From the NCBI RefSeq assembly GCF_006345805.1, contig NC_042998.1, forward strand, positions 60,512,001-60,576,000: 64,000 nucleotides of DNA. The letters are read 5' to 3'. Origin of the DNA: Octopus sinensis. Its lineage: Eukaryota. This document shows positions 36,901 through 51,067 of this stretch, one piece after another; position 1 is the stretch's first letter; each line of letters starts with the position of its first letter. The notes beneath the pieces were generated by a model. That model was not told the DNA's origin. It worked only from the letters and a program-made list of their open reading frames with translations, and did not search any database. The position numbers and the translations under genes are program-made.

Positions 36901-38560
36901 ACTGGGTGTCCGGGATAAATTTGACGATTTTTTGTAATATCTCCTTTTTCTTTTTTCGGGAACAGCTTTATATATCAATTAACAATCAACAGTGTTGGAG
37001 AGTATAAGGATTAAGGTTGTACTTAAGAAAAGTTAGCTGACATGGAGTACTGGTAGAGCGGCTGTCGTTGGCTGTTTTAAGTGCGTGTTATTAAATGGAA
37101 AAAAACAGTAAGTATGAATCACCATAAGACATTTTTGTGTATAAATATATTGTTTATTCTGTGTTCACCTTGTGGTAAAAGAAAGTTTTGATTTTTGCTT
37201 TTGCACGGAAAGTAAGATATAATAATATTTGTATTATAGTATGTATGCATGTATGGTATGAGAACAGTTTTTGAGACTGTGTGTGGGATAAAATATCTTC
37301 GCTTACGAACCAATATATCTTGTGTCGAGATGAATATATCTTGTGTCGACATGTGAGTCGCACGTGGGAGATTGCGCGTTGAGCTGCAGAAAAGACATGT
37401 GTCTGGCAGGAACTAGTAGCGTTTCTACAGTGTAGCTCAGAACGAAGCCAGTGTCTCAGAACGAGACTGCTGTATCAAAGCAAGGCTAGTGTATCAAAGC
37501 GATGCTAGACGCCTCATCGATATATTCGTCTGCTGTGCAGATCGACACACATATTATTATGTAATATGTAGCTCTGCTACATTGGCAGCCATCTGAATAT
37601 TGTAAAAGAGTTACTCGTATCGTGATGATTTGCACCGGGAATTAAAATACCGACATCATTGACTGCTATGTGAACACTATAAAGGCTATGTGAACACTAT
37701 ATCATCAATGCTATGAGCTATCATCAATGCTATGTGAACACTATAAAGGCTGTAAGACATGTAAGAGCGTCGGCTGCGGGGTCATTCCGAAAAGCTCTAC
37801 CTGCGACGATTTCATCTCAATCGAAGGAGAGGAGCTTTCTCCGTCCGGGTTGCGGATCCGTGGAACAAGCTGCCAGACGAGATGGTGAAGATGCCGACGA
37901 CCGCTTTGTTCAAAGCCTCCCTGGACCTCAAGTGGCCTGAACTCTTTACATGAACACCACCCTGTACTTAACTCCATGTCCCCCTACATGGCCTTGCTAT
38001 TTGCTTTTGAGCCAATTAACTAACTAACTAACTAACATGGTTTAGCTGCAATGGAGACTACGAAGCCGTTGTCAATAGAAAGGAACATAGCAAGTATGCT
38101 GATTGCGTCCGCACGCTGATATTCATCGCCACATCTTTAAGCAGAGCCTTAGACTCAATTCAAACAGCCATGGGAAACTGCAAGGGATTGAAGTTGATCC
38201 CTGGTTAGAGAGAGTCGTTGCTGGAAAGCCATATGCGTGGCAGCAGGATTCGGTTCTTGGCCAAACCCCCGAAAAAAGTCAGAAGAGTTTGTCGTAGAAT
38301 TTCTTCGACTTCACTAGCCTCAATTTCTGGCCTGTTAATTCCCCCTATTGTAATTCCAAGGATTGCTATGTCTAATGTGAGGTTGAGAAAGACACCAACT
38401 GCCCTACTTGCAACATCAAGACCGAACTGGTGGACAAACCAAGGAGGTATTTAAAGATATTCTCAGGGACACAGTGAGGAACGCATATAACCAGGTCCCG
38501 GCTACTTTGAATAAACTGTTATCTCCCAACCATAATCTAGTTGATATTGTTTGATTTTTT
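36901..38560 (+). mobile_element. Decayed Tc1/mariner-superfamily element interrupted by later insertions
   Basis: A TIR-like ta|ctgggtgtccgggataaa start. At 38100-38480 the frame reads WLERVVAGKPYAWQQDS and FWPVNSPYCNSKDCYV. The right end is approximate. Confidence 0.55.
37760..38036 (+). mobile_element. CR1/L2-group LINE 3' fragment with (CTAA)n tail
   Basis: RRSF(F)SVRVADPWNKLPDEMVKMPTTALFKASLD-like C-terminus followed by a 3' UTR and aactaactaactaac. Confidence 0.75.
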
Positions 38561-40012
38561 AAAAAATACTTTTATTTTTAGATGGAGTATTGTGTTTTGC
38601 CTTTATGCGAACTGTCAAATTTAGTCGAATGTTATAAAAGTTGGGATATTTAACCATCGAACAGTACAACCTCAGGTACGATACAGGACTCTTTTGGTTA
38701 GTTTTGTGATAAAGAGTTCTCACTCTTTCTGTTTATTCGGTCTTTAATAAAACATGAGCAATTTTCATTTAATAAACTAAAATGATTTATGCAATGAAGA
38801 CTTTTAACTGTCACATACACTATCTTTTGTACAAATAATTGTTGCGCTTATGTAAATGTAAATGTTCTGAATAATAAAACGTATGGAAGCATGTTGGTTT
38901 AATGAACTGTTCTTTTTATATCAGTGTTCATTTGTTTTGCAAGTAGATGAATCTTGACTTTTAAAGATTTTCGTGCTTTTCTAATAGTATTAATGACGTA
39001 ATCGAAAGTGAAATTATTTCAAACGAAAGTATTGTGTTAGTTATTTCTATGTTTCTTCATAACAAAATTAAACTTTCTGCTGAAATATTCCATGAAGCAT
39101 TTAAAAATTTATTGTGAAGAGGAAACGTTGTCACCTTATTTGCATTGCTCATAGCAAATTTGCATTCCAATGGCCTATAAGTGATACAGCACAGCAAAGA
39201 GGTAAGCGTAGGTTAGACGATCCTGAACAATCGAGGGGCTGATTGTAGTGATGATAAATGGTGCTTTTATCATGATCATTCTGTAAAAGTTAAATACAAT
39301 TTTAAATATAACGAACTATAAAAAAAAATCTACGGTAGCATGCTATTCAAGTGACTTCCTTACCTTGCTGGGTCATAGCCAACCACTGAACACTCCGCCT
39401 TCATGTAGTTCCTCACAAACAAATCAGTTTAACGTACACAATCCCTCTTCCAACAATACTCACTGATTGAGTTAAACACGTTACTGCAAACTGACAAAAT
39501 CTTTTTCATTATTTCAGTTGTGTTGCCACTGATGCTTATTGATAATTAAATGTGATGCCAAGCTTCAAACATGAACTTGCTAGTTCATTGTCCAGCACTT
39601 TAACAACTGGAACAGGGTACTGGAGAATTTCATCTGGTAATTTATTCATTTATTCAATCATTCTTGCCGACAACCACCAATCTATTCGTTTATTTTCAAC
39701 CAATTCACTGCACCATCACATGTTCGTTCTCCTTCATTTCCCGGCTGATCTGATCTCCAATAAATGAAGTTCGGTATCTTGAACACATTCAATACATTCA
39801 ATAAAAGAATTAGATTCAGTGACTAGTTAGCGTAGAGGTCGACTATCTAGCTATGAGATGAGCTGTTAGCACAATTATAGGTAGGCAGCAGTCAGAAGTT
39901 TATTGAAATGTCTTCATTTTAGTAACAATAGAAGATAAGTGCTCCATCGACAACTAAATTTATTTTATACAATGAATCTCCTGTGGTTTTGTATGATGTT
40001 CTTACATATCAC

Positions 40013-40415
40013 AGGCGCAGGAGTGGTTGTGTGGTAAGTAGCTTGTTTACCAACCACATGGTTCCGGGTTCAGTTCCACTGCGTAGCACCTTGGGCAAGT
40101 GTCTTCTATTATAGCTTCGGGCCGACCAAAGCCTTGTGAGTGGATTTGGTAGACGGGAACTGAAAGAAGCCCGTCGTATATATGTATATATATATATATG
40201 CGTGTGTGTGTTTGTATGTCTGTGTTTGTCCCCCTAGCATTGCTTGACAACCGATGCTGGTGTGTTTATGTCCCCATTACTTAGCGGTTCGGCAAAAGAG
40301 ACCGATAGAATAAGTACTGGACTTACAAAAGAATAAGTCCCGGGGTCGAGTTGCTCGATCAAAGGCGGTGCTCCAGCATGGCCGCAGTCAAATGACTGAA
40401 ACAAGTAAATGAGAG
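40013..40415 (+). mobile_element. Full-length tRNA-derived SINE family 1
   Basis: tRNA-like head gtggttgtgtggtaag..ggttccgggttcagttccac. Related fragments lie near 6570, 30370, 35640, 36790, 59120, 63070 and 63440. Confidence 0.8.
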
Positions 40416-41956
40416 AAAGAGAGATATCATATTCACAACACTTTATTTCAGTTGTTATAATTCCTCTTCAAGACCAGGCTATTTTGTAGAATCTTTAGAG
40501 CGACGGCTCTTTAAGTTCTGAGTTTAAATCCAGCCGAGGTAATGTTTGCCTTTCATACTTTCGGGGCCGATAACGGTAAATATTAACCAAATATTGGGAT
40601 CGATGTAATCGACCAAACCTGTCTTCCAAAGTTCTGGCCTTGTGTCTTTGTTAGAAATAATTGCGATTCCTCGTCAGAGTTTTAAAAAATACTAAGCTGC
40701 TGCTGATCTTTTTCAAAGCACAAATGAGATTTACAAAAAAAAAATGTAATTTATATATTGAGAATGTTATTTCTAGCATGTGGAGAGACCTTCTAGGCTT
40801 AACTTCATGCGTTGGTTGAAAATCATTTAAAACAATTCTGGAGTCGATACATTCGACTAAAAATTCCTCAAGGTGGTGCCCCAGCATGGCCACAGTCTAA
40901 TGACTGCAACAAGTAAAAAGAAAAATAAACGAAAAATATAACCGTGAGGCTTTTGTCCCAGGGGCTTTTGTCTTAAGAGGCTTTTGTCTTAAGGGGCTTT
41001 TGTCTTAAGGGGCTTTTGTCTTAAAGGGCATTAGTCCAGAACCCCTGCACAACACCTACATTTTTCTAACTTTATTTCTTCTGTGCTACTACAATTACTT
41101 CTGAAAGTCATCGCCCTCGAACCCAGCACTAAATATTTCGACCGTCACCTTCTTCATATGAACTACAACTCATAGAAAATCATTCTCAATTTTTCCTACA
41201 AACATCAATCATATGTTGTTTCCAATCTCAAACAGTTATTTCTCTCCTCCTTTGACGAAATAACAAAAATTCATTTACACAATAATATTCAGTTAACAGT
41301 CTGTTTGCGTGTTATATGAGGAAACTGTAAATAGACAGAAATAGAATTCCTCATGATATAAAAAAAAGAAAACATTCGTCCTTTGATATACAAGCAGCAT
41401 TTTGCTGAAAGGTCGATTGGTAAAACTTTAGTGAAAAGGAATTGATAAAATTACTAAATATCAAATTTCAGACAGTATCCCATAGAAGAGGTTGAATGAT
41501 GCTCTGCACAATAAAGTTTATTTTTAGATATATTTTGTTTTCAAAGTATTAAACTCAAAATAACATTAACTTCATTCAATAGTGTTTTGAGTTCATATCA
41601 CCTCGTCAGGATCGATACAATAAAAAACGGGGTTATACTGACATGGACTTTAAAGTTTTAAAGTTTCTCCAGTAGAAGAATATTTAATAAGTAAAAAGTA
41701 ATGAATGGAAAGTAGTGGTGTACCAGAAGCTTGCCGTAACATAAATATATCATTTGGTGTGACAAAACCGGTCTGGTGTTGGATTTCATTCCATCTGGTA
41801 TTTCATTATCCTTAACATTTTCAGTTCAAATCTTACTGAAAGCGACTTAACATTACATTTCTTCGAGATAGATATCATGAATATCAGTGAAGTACTGAGA
41901 TCGATATAAGCGACAGCAGTAAGTTGTGTAGCTTTGTGTCATGGAAAGAAATCATG

Positions 41957-42955
41957 ATTATTACCACCGCCTTAGCGAAGGCGGAAGTATTGTTTTTAGT
42001 TGTGTTTGTTTGTCCGAGGACAAAATATCTCATAAACCGCTGGATGGATTCGAATGAAACTTTCAGGAATGTTTGGCGCCTCGTTACTAGCACGAACTGA
42101 TTAGATTTTGGGATCAATCCGGTACCAGACAAGGTTTCTGGATTATTTGTTATATTTACTTTACTTTACATGAAGTATTACGATCTCTGATTATCTTCCT
42201 TTAAAGCACGCTCATGGTCTCCTGATAAATTATGGCGACGTTGTTGTTTCCAAAGTTTTATTTTAGTTTCTCTATTATCTATTCAAACTACATAAACAAA
42301 CGGCAGCAAAACCGTTCACAAATTAAATAACACTAACATATTCAGTAACAATAATAAATTTAATTTATCCTAGACAATTTTTAGTCTTACCAATTTTGAA
42401 TACATCGCTCCTGTTTAAAACCTCTTACCTACTTGAAATTGCATTTCTAGCTCTACCTTGAAGAAAGCTTTACCTCTTGGACTCACGTTTTTGTGCACAA
42501 CGATGTTGTTAAACCCCCGTTAACAGCACCTTATGCAAGTTCTTTCCGTTTTCTTTCACGCACGGATAAATTTTTCACTATAGACCTTAATGGTCGTAAA
42601 GACACTATATCAGTGGATATACTAAAAAAAGGCCTTTATAAAGAAAACTATCCCTGTTCCCACTGTAGACGACACACACACAGCATTACAAATACGGCCC
42701 GCACACCCACCTTCACATTCTATGACTACCATTGGGATCGATCAGGTACCGGACAAGGATTCTGGATTATTTTCTGTTTTGTTTTTTTTTATATTAATTC
42801 TTGAGAGCGGTTGGGTTCATTTTTAGCATTCTCGTTTGTGAGAGCAGTCAAGTTTATTTCAGATATTCTCATTTCAAAAATCAACTCCGGCTAATAGTTG
42901 AGAAGACGTTGGTGTTACCTTGGCGGAGGTTTGCGCTCTCTGAGTGCTCTTGTTA
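41957..42955 (+). mobile_element. Non-autonomous Helentron/DINE-like element with internal insertion
   Basis: Starts ttattaccaccgcc and ends ccttggcggaggtttgcgctctctgagtgct. A duplicated ggtacc..caagg..tctggattattt motif flanks the inner insert. Confidence 0.45.
42440..42640 (+). mobile_element. Gypsy LTR-retrotransposon integrase C-terminal relic
   Basis: THVFVHNDVVKPPLTAPY..FLSRTDKFFTIDLNGRKDTISVDILK resembles the Gypsy integrase tail (recalled pattern). Confidence 0.7.
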
Positions 42956-44175
42956 TTATTATATCCTAGAATAAGGATATAATAGCTGACAGAATTGTTA
43001 GCGCGTCAGTGACATTGCTTCTGGCTCTTTACGGATTGAGTTCAAATTCCGCTGAGGTCTAGTTTGCCTTTCATCCTTTCGGAGTCGGTAAAATGAATAT
43101 TGGGATCGATGTAACAGACTAACCTCAACCCAATAAAATTGTTGCTCATGTGCCAAAATTTCAAATCATTATTATGTCCTAGAATTGAAGAACGTGATTT
43201 CATTTTTGTCCGAATTCATGCTTACATATACTTTACATATATGAATATACATATAAGTATAACTATAATTCTTTAGTAGGCTTTTAATACAACCTACATT
43301 CGTATACAATACATTCTCTCTTAACCTCTCTCTCTCTCTCTCTCTCTCTACCTTTTTCTCTCCTTCTCTATGCTATTGGCTTATCAATTTCCCTTAAAAC
43401 ACTTATAAAAAGTTTCACCATCTATCCAACTTCAAACATTTGATCTCAAACTTAATGTCATAAAGTATTCCTATATGAGAATCTATTGTGGTTAAGCATC
43501 CAACTGCTCTTGGAACACTCAATGCAGAGTTTCTAAACAACCACAGTGGTGCAACATACGTAGAGAACAAATTATATGAACTTGTGTTTATCGTAATTCC
43601 TCCTACCTACTTTTCTGTACATAACTAGAAATACTACTAATTATATTAGTAACCAAACCACTATTATACTGGAAGTACCATCGATGATGATAATTTTCGT
43701 GATAATTCAAACAGTAACAATTGTATATCTAGCTGTACACACAATATACAATCTCCCTGTTTCTCTCTTTCTCCCTTTATCTATCTATCAATCTATCTAC
43801 CTATCTAGAAACGCACACATATATAATGTGTGTGCAGAGAGAGAGAGAGAGAGAGAGGCAGACAGACAGAGCGATACATATATAGTGTATCTTGTGAGTA
43901 CAGTTAGACGTAGACTGTTACTGTTGAATTTAGAGCTCCACATAGATTGGTTACTACTATGATATATATATATACTAATCATATCCACATCTACTGGCTT
44001 TCAAAAATAGAAATATTATTATTTCTAAATCTCTCTAACCGTTAGAAGCACGTGCAAATCTAACGATCTGTATACCCTAACTTTTCAAACCAGTGCGCAG
44101 ACGCAAATCATACCAGGTTACAGAGAGGATGCCGGTAAAAAATTTACGAGCAAATTTATCAAGCAATATTTAAAC

Positions 44176-44303
44176 ATAGTAAATAAGGTAATAAAATAAA
44201 TTATTATTACCAGTGACCCAGCACAAAAGACGAATTAGAACTAATTCGTCTTTTGTACTAGGTCACTGGTAATAATAATTTATTTTATTACCCTATTTAC
44301 TAT
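44176..44303. repeat. 128-bp foldback palindrome (63-bp arms, 2-nt loop)
   Basis: The arms are complementary except for three mismatches. Confidence 0.9.
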
Positions 44304-45251
44304 ATATATATAATGGACTCTCGCCGAAGACGACGTACGCTCGTTCAGGTTTTGCTGAACGACTTGTACAAATGATTTGTTTATGGTGATCAAATGTTCG
44401 TGCCGCACATTAGCCTTCCCTCTCCATCAAAATGACGTTGTCTAAATAGGAGCATGTTGTACCTGTTATAACCTTGTATATAATCATTACTTTTGCTCTT
44501 TACTCTTTGATATGTAGTAATTTTGTTATTTAAATGAATAATAATTTGTAACGATTTCGGAAAATTGTGTCCGACATCAGCAATTGACTAGTACACTACT
44601 TTTATCATCATTGGGAAGAATAAAAGATAAAATCAACACAAGTTGATTTGATTCCTGAATGTAAAGAGCAGTATCTAAATTTAAGGCGTCCCTCTACAGT
44701 TTCTGTCGACCACTGACCTTGACAAAACTGATAATGAAAAGCACCCTGTTTCATGAGAGTCAATAATACTTTACTCGCCCAAGAAATGAAGTCTTTTGTT
44801 CGCAAATATCCGAGATTGAAAAAATGGTACATATTCGATTTAATCGACTGGTACAAATTATCAGTCGATTAACTAGATTATACATCATCTGTCAACATTT
44901 CATGTTTTGTATCTGCAAGAAATCTTTTATTAACAAGAGTAAGAAATCCTTTATCAATGAGAGTAAATGAGAAATTTAGCAAAAAATAAATAAAATACAA
45001 AGGAACGATGTATTGATATAATAAAGCGAGAGAGAGAGAGAGGGGGGAGAAACTCGACATCAAACAATATGTAATTGATAACAAAAAAATTATAGTAAAA
45101 ATATTTTATTGTACATTTACAGCGGATATTACAGTTCGTAGTTGATTCTAATGTACAGTTCTTTGGCGGAAATGAATGATTAGGAATTTGTAAAGAGAGA
45201 ATCACTACCAACAACACTCGAAATATTTTACATACATACATACATACATAC

Positions 45252-45327
<76 letters not shown>

Positions 45328-45446
45328 GGATGGATGGATGGATGGATGGATGGATGGATGGATAGATAGATAGATAGATAGATAGATGGATAGATAAATA
45401 GATAGGTAGGTAGGTAGGTATGTAGGTAGGTAGGTAGGTAGGTAGG

Positions 45447-45503
<57 letters not shown>

Positions 45504-45524
45504 GGATGGATTGATGGATGGATG

Positions 45525-45580
<56 letters not shown>

Positions 45581-46156
45581 TGTTTCTTTATTAGCCACAC
45601 AGGGCTGCACACAGATAGAACAAATTACAAGGTAGAGCTTTTCTTTTGAAGGTTTAAAAAAAAAAAAAGGAAGGGGGAGTTTCGATCATAAGGGATCGTA
45701 AAAGGAGAGAAAGAGGACAAAAAAAGGGGGGGTTAAAAAAAGGGGGGAGAGGAAAAAAAAATTGATCAATAGGGATCGTTATCACAGAAATGTCAATATG
45801 AAGTGTAAAGGGGAGGACAGGTGAGGTTTACCCGTGGAAAGAAAAGCCTACGGAAAAGACCACGGTAACCTCGGTCAATGGAGTCACATGTTATATTTCT
45901 TCTTTTTTTTTCGCGAATAAGCAACTCTCTGTTTTCAATTTCTGAGTTCATAGGATCATGCTCAATGTGGCTTCGTCATTCATACGTGCCGTTCTTGCTA
46001 CATTCACCCATCTTTTTGAAACATTCGCTAGACAAAACTTGCCTCTCTACTCTCACTTTCCTTTTCAAGTGGTACTTGAAGAAGTTGATGAGAGATTGAC
46101 CAGAGAGGAAAGTGTTTGTCTCCAATCCTTTCAGACGCGTCCACCAGATACATTCT
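45581..46156 (-). mobile_element. 5'-truncated Tx1/L1-like copy (ORF2 C-terminus plus 3' UTR) in (TATC)n
   Basis: The minus strand ends gtgtggctAATAAAgaaa then (TATC)n. The ORF end ARMNDEATLSMIL* is homologous to the end of the larger copy. Confidence 0.7.
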
Positions 46157-46260
<104 letters not shown>

Positions 46261-46375
46261 CAGATAGATAGATGGATAGATAAATAGATAGGTAGGTAGG
46301 TAGGTAGGTAAGTAGGTAGGTAGGTAGGTAGGTAGGTAGGTATGTAGGAAGATAGATAGATAGATAGATAGATAG

Positions 46376-46440
<65 letters not shown>

Positions 46441-46441
<1 letters not shown>

Positions 46442-49400
46442 CTTTCTTTTATTAGCCACACAGGGCTGAATACAGAGGGGACAAATACAAATGTAGAGCT
46501 TTTCTTTTCGAGGGTGGAAAAAAAGAAAATAAATGTAAGATTGCGATCAAAAGGGATCGAGAGGAGGAAAAAAAAAGAAAGAAATCGTGTATCACAGAAA
46601 CATTGATAAAAACATTGATAAAACAAGATTGGGTTCATTCGTGGGAAGAAAAGCCTACAGAAAAGACCACGGGAACCTTAGTCAGGGAGAAAATAACCAC
46701 ATGAGAGCAAAATGCTCTCTCTCTTTCTTTTTTACGATTTACAGGGTCATGCTCAAAATGGTTTCGTCACTCGACATCCAAAACGACCAGCCTACCCTCC
46801 GGGTCTAGGAAAATTGCTCTTACTTTGAGATCCAGACTCTTCCGGAGAAGCACCGCGGTGCCACCTCCGCCCATTCTCGGTAGACACGGAGAAAAATAAA
46901 TGTTGAAATGTGTACCGAACATGTGCTGGAGTGCCCGCGAGCTGTGGAGTCTGGTCTCACTGATGGCTATGATATGCAGATTTAGTGACTTGATATCATT
47001 TAACAGGTAGCCTTGTTTCCAAGGCGACCCCAAGCCACGTACATTTATACTGCCTATTCTGAGCATGTTCCTATAAAAAATTGTGTTTTACACACGAAAA
47101 GAAAGTGCAAAAAAGGAAAGAGAGAGAGAAAAGGTTACTTGTTGTCCGAAAGTCCTTTGTTTTTCACCTCACAGACTTCTCCCATGAGGTTTTTATACAG
47201 TTTCTTTGCTGAATATTTTTGAAATCTCCCTACTGCATCAGGGTAGAGAGATTTCAGGGTGCTGTGTTTGTTCTGTGTTACGTGTATTATTTTAATGTGT
47301 TGTGGTGGTGTTGTGCGTGGGTGGTTATTTGATTTTATGTCGTTTTCAGTTATGTTGGTATTTGACCTAATGTATTCCATTAGGTCGTGGTTGTTTGTGT
47401 TTATGGTTGTCAACATTGTTGGGGGGGGGGGTTGATGATGGTGTGTTTGTGTTGATGTGTTCGTTTTCTGTGGATGTTTTTGTTTCGGGAGTGGTGAATC
47501 TTCCTGCTTTGTTTGTTATCTTTTCTATTTTTTCCCCTTTTTTCTCCTCCCCACTGTGGCTATTTGCCAATCTTCTGTGTCTTCTTCGTCTAATGACAAG
47601 TCAGAGGAATCAGAGAGTGGGAGGGGAAAAATATTGGGGTCTATTTTAGACTGTTTTGATTTTGTTGTTGGTGTTGGTTGGTGAGCGTTAGGTTGTGGTG
47701 TATGGGGTTTTGGAGGTGGGCTGTGGGTATTTTGTGTTTGAGTGATTGTAGGTATTGTTGTGTTGTTTGGGGTGTCAGTTTTGTGGGGATTTGGAGTGGT
47801 AATTGTTTCTTCATTTTCGATGCTTGTCTTTTTGGTAGATGTTTTTGGATTGGGAGTTGGTTTATTCTTGGTTGTTGTTGGTGTTGTTTCCGTTCTTGGT
47901 GCAGTTGGTGGTGTTGTTTGGTTGGGTAGGTTTGTTTTTTGTTGATTTTCTGTGATTAGTCCTGTTCGTGCAAACTGTGGTGTGGGTAGTAAAGCTGGAT
48001 TTTTTGTTTTTTCCGGCTGCTGTTGTTGTTGCTGTTGTTTTCTTGCGGCAGATTTGCAATCTTTTTTTAGATGTTACTCACTGCCGCATATGTAGCAACG
48101 TGGTCTTCTGCCATCGACGACCACATACAACTTGTGGTCTTCTGATACACATATCTGGGTGGGAATTTTCTTGATATCATCTTGGTTGATGTGTAGTAGA
48201 AATTCTACTCTTTTTCCCACCCAGTTTTTGTGTTCCGTGACCGTAGTTTATAAAATTGTGAAATCTTCCATTTTCACACATATGGCCGTTGCTAGCCATA
48301 GATTGTTCGCTATTTTTGGAACATTGTTTAAAGTGATCTTAGTCACTTTCTGTCCACGATAGCTTTGTATTAATGTGAGTTCATCTGAATGAAGAGTTAG
48401 CGTTGAGAAACGTTATGCTAACTCTTCAGTGTGGAAAACCACTTGTATATGCGCGAACTTGTTCCACCAAGTCACATACTCTTTGAAGTTTCAGATGGGT
48501 TTCAAGCATTTTTCGATTTTGCTTGTGTTAGCCTTCTCTGGACTTTTTGTTTCTTATTAATTATTTATATATAATAGTTCTTTTTTTTTTCATTTTCTAA
48601 TATTTCTTGTGGTATGTTTATTTTTACCATGCCATCTACTGTCGTTATTAAAACTTTGGTATCTTTTATCTGTTGTGCAGTAAAAGATACTGTTGTCTTT
48701 TTTTCTTTTATCGCCTCGGCGAAATTTGTTGTTGTTTTGTTATTGTTGTTGCTGGTGGTGATGTTGTTGTTGGCTGCAGTTAGTAAAATTGGTGTATTTG
48801 GTGTCTGATGTTTGATTGTGCAAGTAGGAAGGGGTGGAAAATTACTTGCATAATTTGTTCCTGGGTTTGAGCAGCTTTCGTCAATTTGTTTGGTGGTCAC
48901 AGTCTTTTGTTTATCTCCTTCAGTTCTTGGTGTTGGAGGAAACAAGGTCTGAACGGAATTGTTGTTGGTGTTATTGTTGTTTTTGTTGTTGGTGTTGGCG
49001 GTGGTGTCAGTGGCAGAAGAGACAGCCGTGGCAGCAGATATCGAAATGGTGGCGCAATTGTTGTTATTCTTGTTGTCATTGTTATTGTTGTTGTTGTTGG
49101 TAGTTGAGGTAGTGGATGAGGTGGCGGTGGTGGTGGTGGTGGTGGTGGTGGTGGTGGTGGTGGTGGAGGCGGTGGTGGTAGCAGTAGTAGTCTCGTTGTT
49201 GTTGTTGTTAGTGGTGGTGGTGGTAACAGGGCTGTTACCGCAAGTGGTTGCAGCGTTCACCACCACGTCACTCAGGTTTGTCTTTGTCGAATGTGTGTGC
49301 GTGCATAAGTTCTTTTTTTCTCCTAGCGTTTCAACGCTAGGAAAATGCTGGTCCATAAAGGAATTCGACCAGCGTTCTATAATAACATTTCTCGACATTT

Positions 49401-49595
49401 TTTAATGTCGAGAAGAAAAATACGCAAATTAAATAGGGTTGAAACTGCCCCTAAGGGCGAATTCCTCCCTTGGAAAAGCACTCAAATGAAAGTTGGCTGC
49501 CTTACACACCTTATTTACGAAAATGTACACAAAATATGGGCTATAAATAGTCAAAATAAACGATTACCTTCGGAGCCGAAGTGACAGCACGTCCG
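46441..49595 (-). mobile_element. Tx1/L1-like element: decayed ORF1 with zinc knuckle, APE start of ORF2, internal deletion, 3' UTR
   Basis: ORF1 starts at 49398 with a Thr/Asn-rich N-terminus. A CCHC knuckle RRPRCYICGSE*HLKKDC lies at ~48050-48120. ORF2 at 47066 begins MLRIGSINVRGL..IAISETRL. (TATC)n lies on both sides. Confidence 0.85.
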
Positions 49596-49670
<75 letters not shown>

Positions 49671-50320
49671 GTAGGTAGGTAGGTAGGTAGGTAGGTAGAT
49701 ACATACATACATACATACATACATACATACATACATACATACATACATACATACATACATACATGCGTACATGCATACATACATACAAATAACAACAAAA
49801 AAACAAAAGTCGAAGGCATGTTCATAGTAAATATTATTAGGTTAACGCTCAAGGAAGGAAAAAAGTTTTATAGTAAGTGTTATAGAATAAAATTAGACTT
49901 TATGTGTATGTGTGTATATGGAAAAAAGAAATGAGAGAAAATTTAGAGTGAATGCATGTACGTATGAGTGCATGTGTACTGAAATGACTGCGCCTACGGG
50001 TTATAAGGAACCGTTTGGTGAGCAGCTGATGCATGCTTTTCAAGTTTTAACGTGTTCGTCAGTCAGCTATAAAGAAAGCATTACAAATGTCGTATTCATG
50101 TAAGCATACTAGCTAAAAGTCAAATTACTACATATTTTAACTGCTTTAATACGTTTCTCTTTTCGTTATTTATTTTTTTTTTTTTTTGCTTATCGAATAT
50201 ACAATTCATATATCTTTATTTTTATTCAGAAGCAAGTTGTTGTTCTTTATTGTTGTTATCCCCAGATCCGTTTTGATTCAGCAGACCATTATGTTCCAGT
50301 CATTATTATCTTCTCGTTTT

Positions 50321-50432
<112 letters not shown>

Positions 50433-50886
50433 TTCAGTTAAAGTTTTTCTTTTCTAAGTCTGACTATATCGACCTTGGTAATATGAGATTTTAAACACGG
50501 TAGTGTGTGATTGGATAGAAACTTTGTTGCCATTTCTAGCAAGTCACACAGCCATCTAGAGGTTTCTTTACAACTCTTATTGCTACTTTTTTTTCGCACT
50601 CGTACTGAACTTGTTTTTGAATCAGATACCATTATTATTTCGCCCCAAGTCACCTCTAACCTGTTATGTGAAGCATTCCATACAAAACTACCCTCTCATA
50701 CTTTCAGGTAGTGTATCAAAGACTACGTTATCTGTTGTGCTGTTTCTTTTTTTATGTTAAGATTGTAAGATATGATTTTAGTCAGATTTGGCCATAGGTT
50801 CCCCTTTTAATAGCAGAAAATTATCTCATTAATTTCTGCTTTAATTATGTTTCATTCCTCCAGGATTCAAGAGATCAGGATTGAAA

Positions 50887-51005
50887 AACGCAGAAGAAAC
50901 AAATCATTCCCGTATATCCTGTTTCATTAATGCAGTTGAAGTGTGAAATTTGACCCTCAGTCAGAAGTACCCACAGTATATGGAACAAAAGGTCTGTAGT
51001 TGTTA

Positions 51006-51067
<62 letters not shown>

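Noticed and set aside
37270-37758. Possible solo LTR (TG...CA with internal repeats)
   Set aside because: No TSD, PBS or partner LTR could be established.
40013-40100. tRNA gene
   Set aside because: It is the head of a dispersed SINE, with no complete cloverleaf evident.
44320-44360. CCGAAGA with a small hairpin next to the palindrome
   Set aside because: No GAAA core.
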